Assembly (NCBI GenBank): GCA_046594995.1
Contig: JBKJQU010000467.1
Span: 1 to 35,821, forward strand
Direction: 5' to 3'
Origin: Aestuariivirga sp.
GTDB taxonomy: Bacteria; Pseudomonadota; Alphaproteobacteria; Rhizobiales; Aestuariivirgaceae
Length of the DNA stretch: 35,821 nucleotides
Part shown: one piece after another, positions 1 through 9,264 of the stretch
Layout of the letters: every line of letters starts with the position of its first letter
Numbering within the stretch: position 1 is the first letter of the stretch
The notes under the pieces: generated by a model
Told to the model about the DNA's origin: nothing
Database searches by the model: none
Seen by the model: the letters and a program-made list of their open reading frames with translations, nothing else
Made by a program: the position numbers and the translations under genes

Positions 1-1206
1 GCAACAGAAAAATTCTCAAGAGCAGTGGCTTATCGCATGACACCTGAAGCAGACGCGCAGTTGACGCGCGAAACCGCCTTCCACCCGCGGTTCTCCGCGC
101 TGACCCGGAATTATACCGAGTATCGCGGCTACTGGCTGCCTAACCGATTTAACAACGAAGGGCCAATCGAAGAATACTGGGCGGCGCGCGAGAAATGCGT
201 GGTGCTGGATCTGTCACCCCTGCGCAAGTTCGAGGTGACTGGACCCGATGCCGAGGCGCTGCTGCAGTATTGTCTCACGCGCGACATTCGCAAGTTGTCC
301 ACTGGACAGGTGGTCTATTCCGCCATGTGCTACGAGAACGGTGGCATGATCGACGACGGTACGGTGTTCCGCCTTGGCCTGAACAATTTCCGCTGGATTG
401 GCGGAGACGACTATTCCGGCATCTGGCTGCGCGAGCAGGCGGAAAAGATGGGCTACAAGGCGTGGGTTCGTTCGTCCACGGATCAATTGCACAATATTGC
501 TGTCCAGGGACCGAACAGCCGCGAGTTGATGAAGGAAATCATCTGGACTGCGCCTGCGCAACCTGCAATCGGAGAACTTGAGTGGTTCCGGTTCGCCGTT
601 GGGCGCATTGGACATTTCGAGGGGCCACCGTTGGTCGTCTCGCGCACCGGCTATACCGGCGAACTTGGCTATGAAATCTTCTGCCATCCGAAAGATGCGG
701 CCGCGGTGTTCGATGCGGTGTGGGAGGCTGGCCAAAAACATGGCCTGAAGCCCATGGGCCTCGAAGCCCTCGATATGGTGCGGATCGAGGCGGGACTGAT
801 CTTCGCGAACTACGAGTTCACGTCCGAAACCGATCCCTTCGAGGCCGGCATCGGTTTCACAGTGCCGCTGAAAACCAAGGCGGATGACTTCATCGGCAAG
901 CAGGCGCTGATCGAGCGGAAGGAGCATCCGCGGCGGAAGCTTGTGGGACTGGAGATCGATGCGAATGATTCAGTGGGCCATGGCGACTGCGTGCATATTG
1001 GACGCGCGCAGATTGGTGTCGTGACCAGCGGAATGCGCTCACCTGTCCTTGGCAAGACCATCGCACTTGCCCGCGTCGATGCGCTGAATTCGGAAATCGG
1101 CACGGAAGTGGAGATCGGGAAACTCGATGGCCACCAGAAGAGGCTACCCGCGCGGATCGTAAAGTTCGCGCACTATGATCCGGAGAAGAAGCGGCCACGG
1201 AGCTAA
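1..1206 (+). CDS. tdm: Trimethylamine N-oxide demethylase (DUF1989 + GcvT aminomethyltransferase), 5'-partial, C-terminal GcvT part
   Basis: The frame is open from base 1 (ATEKFSRAVAYRMTP...). It carries GcvT motifs DLSPLRKFEV, GGMIDDG, SRTGYTGELGYE, RIEAGL and C-terminal YDPEKKR, and lies next to tmm and dmm genes. The N-terminal DUF1989 domain is outside the window, so tdm is partly inferred from context. Confidence 0.8.
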   Translation, partial: ATEKFSRAVAYRMTPEADAQLTRETAFHPRFSALTRNYTEYRGYWLPNRFNNEGPIEEYWAAREKCVVLDLSPLRKFEVTGPDAEALLQYCLTRDIRKLSTGQVVYSAMCYENGGMIDDGTVFRLGLNNFRWIGGDDYSGIWLREQAEKMGYKAWVRSSTDQLHNIAVQGPNSRELMKEIIWTAPAQPAIGELEWFRFAVGRIGHFEGPPLVVSRTGYTGELGYEIFCHPKDAAAVFDAVWEAGQKHGLKPMGLEALDMVRIEAGLIFANYEFTSETDPFEAGIGFTVPLKTKADDFIGKQALIERKEHPRRKLVGLEIDANDSVGHGDCVHIGRAQIGVVTSGMRSPVLGKTIALARVDALNSEIGTEVEIGKLDGHQKRLPARIVKFAHYDPEKKRPRS

Positions 1207-1231
1207 GGTGGCGGCAGATCGATCAATGACA

Positions 1232-1255
1232 AATGGCCGGGTTTCGCCGGCCATT
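1232..1255. terminator. Hairpin between convergent tdm and tmm
   Basis: Perfect 9-bp stem AATGGCCGG-gtttcg-CCGGCCATT in the 71-nt gap between two stop codons. Confidence 0.6.
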
Positions 1256-1277
1256 CGCATTCCGGCAGCGGCGGCTT

Positions 1278-2618
1278 TCAAGCGTTCTTGAGATAGGCAT
1301 CCATCGAATCGTCCAGTTCGTCCTTCCAAGGAGTATGATGCTTGGGGCTCATGGTGCCCGTCATCAGCGAGGCGTAGGAATTATTCCGGAAGCCCATGAT
1401 GTCGTCCATCTTGTGGTGCTCCCAGACCATGAAAGTTTTGTTCACGGCCTCAATGTTGAAGCTCGGATAGTCGGTCGCATCGATCAGTTCCTTAACGTAG
1501 TCACCCTGGAACCAGATCATCTGCTCGGCGTCCGCAAGTGTCTCCTCACGTGCCAGCCATTTCTGCCAATCGGCCATCATCTCATCGGGGGGCGGCAGTT
1601 TGATCCGTCCAAGGATGATATCGCGGACGTACCAGGCTTGAGCATCGAACATGTTGAAGGTGTAGAACTGGTCCTGCATGCCAATGTAGAAGAACTGCGG
1701 ATTATCATGCCAAACGACGCCCTTGTAGAGGTTCGCAGGCCACATGCGGTTGACCGTCTTGAGACGGAGGTCTTCGGGTAGATAAGGGAAGTAGTGCTGG
1801 TAGCCAGTACAGAGGATGATGGCGTCCACGTCCTTGGTTGACCCGTCCTTGAAATGGGCGGTCTTGCCTTCGATCTTCTGGAGCAGTGGACGCTCCTCGA
1901 AGTTTGCGGGCCACTTGAAACCCATAGGCTTCGAGCGATAGGTAGTTGTCACCGATTTCGCACCGTACTTCCAGCACTGCGAGCCGATGTCTTCAGCTGA
2001 ATAGCTGCGGCCGACGATGAGGATATCCTTGCCCTTGAATTCCAGCGCATCGCGGAAATCATGTGCGTGGAGGACACGCCCGTTGAATGAATCGAGGCCC
2101 GGGAAGTACGGCACCTGCGGCGTGGAAAAGTGGCCGCTCGCGCTGATGACGTAGTCGAATTCCTCCGTGTACATCTTGTCGTTCGGACGATCGTGCACGG
2201 TGACACTGAACTTCTTTGTCTTCGCGTCGAAGGTGACCATGCGGACCGGCGTGTTGAAGCGGATCCAGTCGCGGACGCCGGCCTTCTTTACACGGCCGAC
2301 GATGTAATCCCACAGCACTGCGCGCGGCGGATAGGAGGCGATCGGCTTTCCGAAATGTTCCTCGAAGGTGTAGTCTGCGAACTCGAGGCATTCCTTCGGG
2401 CCGTTGGACCACAGGTAGCGGTACATCGAACAGTGAACCGGCTCGCCATATTCATCGAGGCCAGTGCGCCAGGTGTATTTCCACAAGCCACCCCAGTCAT
2501 CCTGCTTCTCGAAGCATACGACTTCTGGAATTTCGGCACCCTTGGCTTTCGCCGACTGGAATGCGCGAAGGGCGGCAAGACCGGACGGGCCGGCACCGAT
2601 TACTGCAACACGTGTCAT
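1278..2618 (-). CDS. tmm: Trimethylamine monooxygenase (bacterial flavin-containing monooxygenase)
   Basis: FAD motif [37 protein letters not shown] fingerprint [12 protein letters not shown] and NADP motif [20 protein letters not shown] upstream. Confidence 0.93.
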   Translation of the reverse strand: MTRVAVIGAGPSGLAALRAFQSAKAKGAEIPEVVCFEKQDDWGGLWKYTWRTGLDEYGEPVHCSMYRYLWSNGPKECLEFADYTFEEHFGKPIASYPPRAVLWDYIVGRVKKAGVRDWIRFNTPVRMVTFDAKTKKFSVTVHDRPNDKMYTEEFDYVISASGHFSTPQVPYFPGLDSFNGRVLHAHDFRDALEFKGKDILIVGRSYSAEDIGSQCWKYGAKSVTTTYRSKPMGFKWPANFEERPLLQKIEGKTAHFKDGSTKDVDAIILCTGYQHYFPYLPEDLRLKTVNRMWPANLYKGVVWHDNPQFFYIGMQDQFYTFNMFDAQAWYVRDIILGRIKLPPPDEMMADWQKWLAREETLADAEQMIWFQGDYVKELIDATDYPSFNIEAVNKTFMVWEHHKMDDIMGFRNNSYASLMTGTMSPKHHTPWKDELDDSMDAYLKNA

Positions 2619-2656
2619 ATAGTCTCCCTCAGTGTCTTCTTATGTCCTGGCTGCCA

Positions 2657-3700
2657 TCATTCCGGGTAAATGCCGGGGGTGGTGGGCTGGCCGTCGTCGT
2701 GTTTCGACAGCCATTCGACCGTCGTCGGGCGATAGCGTGTCAAGCCTTTGTAGTCGATGAGTTCAGGCGGAAGATCGCGCAGCACGCGATGGAAGCGCCG
2801 TCCCCATTTCGGCACCGTCACCAGTTCTTCCATCTTGATCAGATAGCATCGGATGACGAAGAGGATGGCGTTGGAACGCGGCAGGCGCCACAGACTCTGC
2901 AGTTCACAGCGCAAGTGTACCTTGTTGCCAACGTTCTCAGGCGTCACGGTCATCCGGTCCTGTCCCCATTTGTGATAGTTCTCGGGAGACGTATCGAGGC
3001 GCGAGTTGATGGTCATCGTCCAGTTCAGGCGGCGCACGGGCTTGCCGAGCTGAAGGTTCAGCAGGAATTTCAGCGCACGATCGAAGACACCCATTTCATG
3101 GGCGAGCGGCACGGGACCATGCCATTCCATGAAGTTCATGCCGATGTCGAAATCGAGCGACCAGTCGGCTTGCGTCGTAACCATGCCGGCATCGCACCAG
3201 AGATTGTTGTCGCGTTGATCGACGATGACGAAATCGCCCTGCGCCTGGCGCGTGATGTATTCCAAAGGCTCCATCGGCAACGTAGCGGGGTCGCCGAAGG
3301 TGAATTTCTGGTCGAGGCCGAGGGGGCGGTTGATCCAGTGCCAGTTGTCGCCATCCTTGCTGAGCGAAAAGTGCTCAGGATAAGCCGCGGCCTGATGTTC
3401 CATCAGCAGTTCGAGCGTATCCCACTGCGACGCCATCATATGGGGCAGTGCCTGATAGCGGAGCGGGTCCTCCTTCAAAACCAACTCGCGGTCGCGCATT
3501 TCGGAGACATAATGCTCGTCGATGTCGATCGGGTTGTTGTAGGCATGACCCGGAGGGCCTGCCGGAACATGCGGCTCCATATTCACCGCATACATGTACT
3601 TGTCGTCATGAAAGGGAAACGGGAAACGCCGGGTGGTTTCCGGGCTGTTCTTGAACGTGAAATCGTTGCGGAAAGTCTCGTTCTTGAAATTGATGTTCAT
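2657..3700 (-). CDS. dmmC: Dimethylamine monooxygenase heme subunit (DUF3445, heme-dependent oxidative N-demethylase alpha)
   Basis: RFPFPF, QGDF, ADWSLDFDIGMNFMEWHGPVP, RRLNWT and LRCELQ..RLPRSNAILF motifs. AGGAG RBS; lies downstream of dmmA/dmmB. Confidence 0.88.
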   Translation of the reverse strand: MNINFKNETFRNDFTFKNSPETTRRFPFPFHDDKYMYAVNMEPHVPAGPPGHAYNNPIDIDEHYVSEMRDRELVLKEDPLRYQALPHMMASQWDTLELLMEHQAAAYPEHFSLSKDGDNWHWINRPLGLDQKFTFGDPATLPMEPLEYITRQAQGDFVIVDQRDNNLWCDAGMVTTQADWSLDFDIGMNFMEWHGPVPLAHEMGVFDRALKFLLNLQLGKPVRRLNWTMTINSRLDTSPENYHKWGQDRMTVTPENVGNKVHLRCELQSLWRLPRSNAILFVIRCYLIKMEELVTVPKWGRRFHRVLRDLPPELIDYKGLTRYRPTTVEWLSKHDDGQPTTPGIYPE

Positions 3701-3713
3701 GGCGGGTTCGCTC

Positions 3714-4679
3714 CTATAGATCCAGTGTGATCCCGTTGCCCTTGATGCGTGAGACGCAGATCATGATTTTCGTACCGGAAGCCTTATCCTCGGCTTCAAG
3801 GAAGTGATCGTTGTGTTCGAGTGCGCCATCGCAGGCAATGACATTTGTCTCGCATTGTCCGCAAGCGCCGCCGCGGCAAAGATATGGCGCATCGATGCCA
3901 GCAGCCTCAACAGCTTCCAGAATGCTCTGGTGGGCTGCCACCTCGATGGTGCGCTTCGATTTTGCAAGTTCGGCCATGAAGGGCTTGCCGATGGGAGGCG
4001 CGAGGAATTCCTCAGAGTGGAGGTTCTGCTTGGGCCAGCCATTCTTCACGGCGGTGCCCAGAACTCCATTGATCATGCCGGCAGGGCCGCAAACATAGAG
4101 ATGCGTGCCCAGCGGCTGGTTTTCCAGAATCGCATCCACCGGGATAACGAGCTTTTCCTCATCGCAGTAGATCTTCACGCGGTGTACGCCGTAGCGCTGC
4201 ACCAGTTCTTTCCAGTATGCGCCATGAGTGCGGGTGCGCACGGCGTAATGAAGCTCGAAGGCCCTGCCCTCACGGTCCATCTGGTCCATCATGGCGACAA
4301 AGGGTGTGATGCCGATACCACCGGCCATCATGATGTGTTTCCTGCCGCGATGATCGTAGGAAAAGAGATTTACGGGCTGACTGAGTGTGAGGGTATCGCC
4401 TTCACTCAGCTTCTCATGCAGGAAGGATGAACCGCCGCGTGACTGTTCGACTCGAAGTACGCTGATTTCATAGGCACTCGTATCGAGGGGTGATGACATG
4501 AGTGAATAGGGATTGCGGCGCAGTACATTGCCATCGCGCATGGAGACGATGACATGCGCGCCACCTGAAAAGATCGGCATCGGCTGATCATCCGTCCGTT
4601 CGAAACGGAAGCGCTTCACCCTGTCCGCAACCTGGGTGACTTTCGCCACGCGAACCTGCATTTCGGTATTGATCGTCAC
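3714..4679 (-). CDS. dmmB: PDR/VanB-family flavin/2Fe-2S reductase, dimethylamine monooxygenase subunit B
   Basis: RRNPYSL, AGGIGITPF, YVCGP and C-terminal CRGGACGQC...C ferredoxin motif. Start moved to GTG 4679, which overlaps the dmmA stop (GTGA); the ORF-track extension to 4796 lies inside dmmA. Confidence 0.87.
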   Translation of the reverse strand: MTINTEMQVRVAKVTQVADRVKRFRFERTDDQPMPIFSGGAHVIVSMRDGNVLRRNPYSLMSSPLDTSAYEISVLRVEQSRGGSSFLHEKLSEGDTLTLSQPVNLFSYDHRGRKHIMMAGGIGITPFVAMMDQMDREGRAFELHYAVRTRTHGAYWKELVQRYGVHRVKIYCDEEKLVIPVDAILENQPLGTHLYVCGPAGMINGVLGTAVKNGWPKQNLHSEEFLAPPIGKPFMAELAKSKRTIEVAAHQSILEAVEAAGIDAPYLCRGGACGQCETNVIACDGALEHNDHFLEAEDKASGTKIMICVSRIKGNGITLDL

Positions 4680-5281
4680 GGGAAGAGTTCCTCCGGCGGT
4701 GGAGCCGTGCCCGGTTCTTCCGCATCTATGCAGACGCCCTGGAAAGCGCCGATGCGGCGGGAATAATGATCGCGCACGAGGAGCGACAATCCGCAATGCG
4801 TGCAGGTGAAGGGGCTGGTCTTCACATCGTCGCTAACGCCCTTGCAGTGAACGCACTGCACGCGGCGCGCTGCGGAACCACGATGCTCCGTCATCATCGA
4901 TGCCTGATCGACGCCGTGGTTCAAGGCCACTTGCATGGCCTGGCCGATGAAGCCTTCCGTGCCGGAGATGTAGAGCCTTGTTCCCATCTTGGCCTGACCC
5001 AGCATCACATTGAAGCGGTTAAACAGAACGGGAATGGTGGGCGCTGTCCAGAGGTCGTGAGGTTTCAGGGCAGCGAGTTTCTTGTCGTGGTCTTCAGTCT
5101 TCGAGCCCAAAGCGACATAAAGGATTTCGGTCTTTTCGAGAAAACCCCGTCCAACGGATTTCACCTGATCGAGAAGGGCCATCGCCCCTTCGCCCTCAAG
5201 AGCGAAGAGGTGCCGCCTTGCATTCGGATCGATGTTCAGGCCGCTGTAGACCGGGCGGCTCTTGATGCCTGCAACGAGCAT
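4676..5281 (-). CDS. dmmA: Dimethylamine monooxygenase subunit DmmA family
   Basis: IKSRPVY N-terminus, RLYISGTEGFIG, CVHC...CTHC zinc-ribbon-like motif and VRDHYSRR; located between dmmD and dmmB. Confidence 0.85.
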   Translation of the reverse strand: MLVAGIKSRPVYSGLNIDPNARRHLFALEGEGAMALLDQVKSVGRGFLEKTEILYVALGSKTEDHDKKLAALKPHDLWTAPTIPVLFNRFNVMLGQAKMGTRLYISGTEGFIGQAMQVALNHGVDQASMMTEHRGSAARRVQCVHCKGVSDDVKTSPFTCTHCGLSLLVRDHYSRRIGAFQGVCIDAEEPGTAPPPEELFP

Positions 5282-5290
5282 GCGTTTTCC

Positions 5291-6424
5291 TTAGCCGACC
5301 GCGGTGCGCTTCTTCTTTTCGGGATCATCGAAGCTGATGGTATGAGCAATGGCTTTTGCCTCCAGGTTCCTGCCGCGTACTTCAAGCGGCGTTCCCTGCT
5401 TGGCATAAGGCACGTCCACACGAACAATGGCCATGCTCTTCCTGGTGAGCTTCGAATAGCTTGGGCAAGTGATAACGCCAACCTTTTTGCCATCGGCCCA
5501 CAGTTCGTCGCCGCCTTCAGCCATCTTGTCGCCGTCGATCAGAAGGCCGAATATCTTGAAGCGTTCCTTGCCCTTGAGCTTGTAGTGTTCCTCATGGCCA
5601 CGGAAGCCCGTCTTGCCGGGCGATACCGTAAATTCGAGACCCAGTTCCCAGAGCGAGTCGCCAGGCGGCTGGTCCGGAAACGGATACATCTGCGAATTGT
5701 CATAGGGATAAAACAAGAGGTAGCTTTCCACGCGCAGGAAATCGAGGGTGGTGAAGCTGACAGGCTTGATCCCCATGGGCTTGCCCTGTTCGAGGATCGT
5801 ATCCCAGATCATGCCGGCATCCTGCCCACGGCAGAAGATTTCGTAGCCACGCTCGCCGGTGTAGCCGGTGCGCGAGATCATGACAGGTGCGCCGAACAGC
5901 GTCGTCTGCATGTGATGAAAATAGCGGAGGTCGCGGATGCCCGGTACATGCTTGGCCAGGAAGTCAACGGCCACAGGTCCCTGCAGCGACAAGTCATGCA
6001 GATCGTCGTCGAACAGCACGGCGCAGTTGCGGCCCATGGCCTGCTTCATGATTTCCTCATGCGCCGTGCCGGAACCATGCACCACCATCCAGCTGTTGGG
6101 ACCGGTGCGGTATACGATGCAGTCGTCGGTGAATATGCCTCGGTCGTTGAGCATGCAGGCATAGACTGACTTGCCGGGATAGACCTTCGAAACGTCGCGC
6201 GTAGTGATGTAGTCGAGAACCGCGATAGCATGCGGCCCAACCAGATGAACCTTCTTCAGACCGGAGACATCCATGAGGCCCGCCTTGGTGCGGACTGTCG
6301 CATGCTGCTCGACCAGATCATCATCATAGGTCCATGCCGTGCCCATGCCGCTCCAATCCTCAAGCTTCGAGCCCAAGGCGCGATGGCGATCACCCAACGC
6401 AGAAAATCTCCAAGACAACGGCAT
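5291..6424 (-). CDS. dmmD: THF-dependent aminomethyltransferase-family protein DmmD
   Basis: GcvT fold motifs MDVSGL, FTDDC, SRTGYTGERGYEIF, RVES and C-terminal DPEKKKR. GGGAGG RBS; first gene of the dmm operon. Confidence 0.85.
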   Translation of the reverse strand: MPLSWRFSALGDRHRALGSKLEDWSGMGTAWTYDDDLVEQHATVRTKAGLMDVSGLKKVHLVGPHAIAVLDYITTRDVSKVYPGKSVYACMLNDRGIFTDDCIVYRTGPNSWMVVHGSGTAHEEIMKQAMGRNCAVLFDDDLHDLSLQGPVAVDFLAKHVPGIRDLRYFHHMQTTLFGAPVMISRTGYTGERGYEIFCRGQDAGMIWDTILEQGKPMGIKPVSFTTLDFLRVESYLLFYPYDNSQMYPFPDQPPGDSLWELGLEFTVSPGKTGFRGHEEHYKLKGKERFKIFGLLIDGDKMAEGGDELWADGKKVGVITCPSYSKLTRKSMAIVRVDVPYAKQGTPLEVRGRNLEAKAIAHTISFDDPEKKKRTAVG

Positions 6425-6442
6425 TCAACCCTCCCTTTCATA

Positions 6443-6497
6443 TTTCCCGTATGGAAACTATTGTTCCTGACTGTAATGAGATTTTCAACTCTTGCAA
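6443..6497 (-). promoter_or_regulatory. Candidate sigma70 promoter and operator of dmmDABC-tmm
   Basis: Minus-strand TTGCAA-N16-TACAGT (6497-6470) followed by the inverted repeat TTTCC-cgtat-GGAAA (6443-6457) just upstream of the dmmD RBS. Confidence 0.35.
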
Positions 6498-6603
6498 GAC
6501 TGGATTTCAGGCAGACGGCAGGAAATAGACTATCGTTTCAGATGTCCTTTGCAACATTGACCAGCGTCAACTGCAAGTTAAGGTTTGATGGAATTCCAGC
6601 CGT

Positions 6604-7935
6604 TCAGACGATCATGCTGCCGTCTCTCAGACTGGTGAAATAATCATCACTTCCAACCTGGCCGCCTTTCATCGCGATTTCGAGGCCGTCGAGTTCCGGG
6701 TCGCTGCTATGGGCGACGCAAAGCGGCGAGCCGGGCGTGGATTTCAATGGAAAGCGCAGCGTCAGTGCGAAGACATCGAGTTGGCCCAAGGCGTGGCTGG
6801 ATGTGTCGCCTCCGGCCAGGATCGCCCGGCGGAGACCGCAGGCCTTGATTGCATCGCGGGCAATTGCGCCCAAAGCTTCGCCGACACGTTGACGGCCGCC
6901 GGAGATCTGATCGAGGGCCGTGCCCTTGTCGTTTTCCGGGTCGAGGGCAGTATAGACGAGGACACTGCGTCCTTCCTTCAGGCGGGCGATGGATTCTTCT
7001 GAAAGGCGCCGCATCTTCTTGGCGCCTTGCTCTCCGGCGAGAAGAAGGGGGTCGGCCTCAATGCCGGTGAATCCATGGCCGAGTGCGTGGCGGATCTGGC
7101 GCGCGGTGGTTGGCGAGCAACTGCCAGAGATGGCGATGATCCGGTCGACAGGTTCGATGGGCTCGAAATCTGACTGCCCGGAAATGGTGCCTGCTTCCAC
7201 CCAGGCTTTGGCCAATGCGTAATTCACGCCGGAGGAACCCGCGATGAATGGACCAGCAGTTTCAGAGAGCCTCAAAAGCTGGCGGCCTGTCTCAATCTGG
7301 GTTGCGGCATCGAGAACGTCGAACAGAACGATGCCGTCATGCGACTGGGCAATCGTATCGACTGCATGGGCGCTGTCACCACTCAAGAGATTGGCGGGGA
7401 TGAGAGCAATCGGAATTTTCGTCTGGCGCGAAAGATGGATGCGAAGATCAGCCTCATCCATCGGCGTCACGGGATGGCGGCTCATCACAGGATGGCGGTC
7501 TATGCGATAAGTCTGTCCCTGATAGGCCGCAAAGAGATGACCGAAAGCCGTGTATCGTTTGAGTTGCGGGGCGCCGACAACAAGTGGCGTCAGATTCTGG
7601 CCAAAAACATTGCGCCCGATTTCAATGGCCTTGCCAATGCTGCCAACCGTGGGGCTTGAATCAAAGGTGGAGCAGACCTTGTAGTGGCAGTACTGTGCGG
7701 CGCGTTCCTTGAGCCAGCGGAAGTATCGCGGCAGATGCTCATCCATCCATTCAGGTGGATGGCTGCGGCTGGTGCCGGCAATGCCGATGGCACGGCAGCC
7801 AGGGAAACGCTGCAACTCTTCAGCATCAGGGATGCGTGTGAACAGGACCGTGTCAATGCCGTGGAGGCTGAGCGATTCCATCACATCGGTGGAACCTGTG
7901 AAGTCATCGCCATAGTAGGAGAGAAGCAGTGGCAT
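6604..7935 (-). CDS. oiaK: Four-carbon acid sugar kinase (DUF1537), 3-oxo-isoapionate kinase-like
   Basis: YYGDDFTGSTD, HYKVCSTFDSS, GSCSPTT, AGGDTS and KGGQVG motifs. Start overlaps the RLP stop (TGATG). Confidence 0.75.
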   Translation of the reverse strand: MPLLLSYYGDDFTGSTDVMESLSLHGIDTVLFTRIPDAEELQRFPGCRAIGIAGTSRSHPPEWMDEHLPRYFRWLKERAAQYCHYKVCSTFDSSPTVGSIGKAIEIGRNVFGQNLTPLVVGAPQLKRYTAFGHLFAAYQGQTYRIDRHPVMSRHPVTPMDEADLRIHLSRQTKIPIALIPANLLSGDSAHAVDTIAQSHDGIVLFDVLDAATQIETGRQLLRLSETAGPFIAGSSGVNYALAKAWVEAGTISGQSDFEPIEPVDRIIAISGSCSPTTARQIRHALGHGFTGIEADPLLLAGEQGAKKMRRLSEESIARLKEGRSVLVYTALDPENDKGTALDQISGGRQRVGEALGAIARDAIKACGLRRAILAGGDTSSHALGQLDVFALTLRFPLKSTPGSPLCVAHSSDPELDGLEIAMKGGQVGSDDYFTSLRDGSMIV

Positions 7936-9206
7936 CAGCCGGCCTTGCCGTCGCCGAAGAATTTCAGTGACGCGGCAAGCTCAGGGTGGTCCATTGCATA
8001 GGTCTCAAGCGGGACGCCCTTTACGGCAGCTTCCCAAGCCTGGCGCACGGCACGCACACCCGACGCAGCGCCACCCGGATGGCTAACGATACCGCCGCCG
8101 CAAAGATAGAGAAGATCCTGCGTCTTGCCCGTGCGCTCGTAAGTGTCAGGCGCCTGCCCACCCCATTGGCCTGACCCCGCCACTGGAAGCGGGCAATCGG
8201 CCTTGGAGAAGATCGGTTGCTGCAGCGAATTGAAAGAAGCGAGGAAGCTTTCATCTGGCTCCCAGTATTTGACGCGGATGCCGTTGATCTGGAACTGGTC
8301 GACACCGAGTAGCCGCCAGAATTGCTGGTAGACAGAGAAATCCATGCCCAGGCCCGGATGGCGGGTAAGAATGTCCCAGCCATTGCGGTGGGCGTGGAGG
8401 ACAAGGCCAGAGCGCTTTCGAAGGAATGCCATTCCGCCGAAGCCGATGGAATTAATGTTGATCACGGCACAGTTGCCGCCAGCCTTCAGCACCAAGTCAT
8501 GATTGCGCATGATGAAGTCGGGGTCGGCGTGGCTGATGCCGAAAGCGTACATGACTTTTCGACCTGTGCGCTGCTCGCGGTCGAGGATCAGCGGCATGAT
8601 AGCCCTCACGCGCTCTTCCAGCGGCGAGTAGGCAGGGCTCATCAGCTTCTCGTCGTCCTTGATGAAGTCGACATCGGCCTCGATCAATTCTCCTACCAGT
8701 TCAGCGGTTTCGTGAGGACGCAGGCCCAGCGCCGGCTTGACGATTGTTCCGATGATCGGCCTGTTATGGACGTTCGTGAGCTTCCGGCTTCCGGCAATGC
8801 CGAATTGGGGCCCTGGATGTGCGGCGGCAAAAGCATCTGGCAGATGCAGGCCGGTAACACGGATGCCGGTGAAGCCCCTGATCGAATAGATGCCCGCAAT
8901 CGCAATCGTCATGAGCGCAGACAAATCAGTGCCGACGGCATCCAACGGAAAATCAATATCGGCTTCGGCCCGGTTGAAAGGACCCACTTCGCTTGACGGA
9001 AAGGACGATTGCTTTACAGGAGCCAGACGCCTTACAGCCACAACGCGTGCGGCGACCCGGGCCTTGAGTTCTTCGGTCTCACCCGCCAGCGCCACAAAAG
9101 TTCCCGTAGACTGATCGCTCGCAATCTTGTTCGCGAGTTTTTCGGGATCTTCCGCCGTTTCAATGAGATAGGTCAGGCGGATCATATTGGATGCCGGGTT
9201 GCGCAT
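7935..9206 (-). CDS. oiaX: RuBisCO-like protein (form IV), 3-oxo-isoapionate-4-phosphate decarboxylase-like
   Basis: ASDQSTGT, GP.FGI.G.R, GTIVKPALG (second Lys of RuBisCO KPKLG is Ala), DFIKDDE carbamylation motif, HAHRNG and GGG..HP.G. Alternative start ATG 9185. Confidence 0.75.
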   Translation of the reverse strand: MRNPASNMIRLTYLIETAEDPEKLANKIASDQSTGTFVALAGETEELKARVAARVVAVRRLAPVKQSSFPSSEVGPFNRAEADIDFPLDAVGTDLSALMTIAIAGIYSIRGFTGIRVTGLHLPDAFAAAHPGPQFGIAGSRKLTNVHNRPIIGTIVKPALGLRPHETAELVGELIEADVDFIKDDEKLMSPAYSPLEERVRAIMPLILDREQRTGRKVMYAFGISHADPDFIMRNHDLVLKAGGNCAVININSIGFGGMAFLRKRSGLVLHAHRNGWDILTRHPGLGMDFSVYQQFWRLLGVDQFQINGIRVKYWEPDESFLASFNSLQQPIFSKADCPLPVAGSGQWGGQAPDTYERTGKTQDLLYLCGGGIVSHPGGAASGVRAVRQAWEAAVKGVPLETYAMDHPELAASLKFFGDGKAG

Positions 9207-9215
9207 GAGTGGTTT

Positions 9216-9247
9216 ACTGGTATGATGAACTGAACTGATGACAAACT
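9216..9247. promoter_or_regulatory. Candidate GntR/FadR operator sites in the divergent RLP/gntR spacer
   Basis: Two related boxes, ACTGGTATGATGAACT and ACTGATGACAAACT, resembling FadR-type TGGT/ACCA sites in a 58-nt divergent intergenic region. Confidence 0.35.
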
Positions 9248-9264
9248 AGCAGCCTTGTAATCTT

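Noticed and set aside
2561-3730. 389-aa plus-strand ORF (likewise 4766-6169, 8322-8996, 26279-26992, 30223-30858)
   Set aside because: These are antisense shadows of well-supported genes in GC-rich DNA, with no recognisable motifs or RBS.
7935-9206. RuBisCO implying carbon fixation
   Set aside because: It has form IV features (KPALG), no small subunit or phosphoribulokinase nearby, and a catabolic context.
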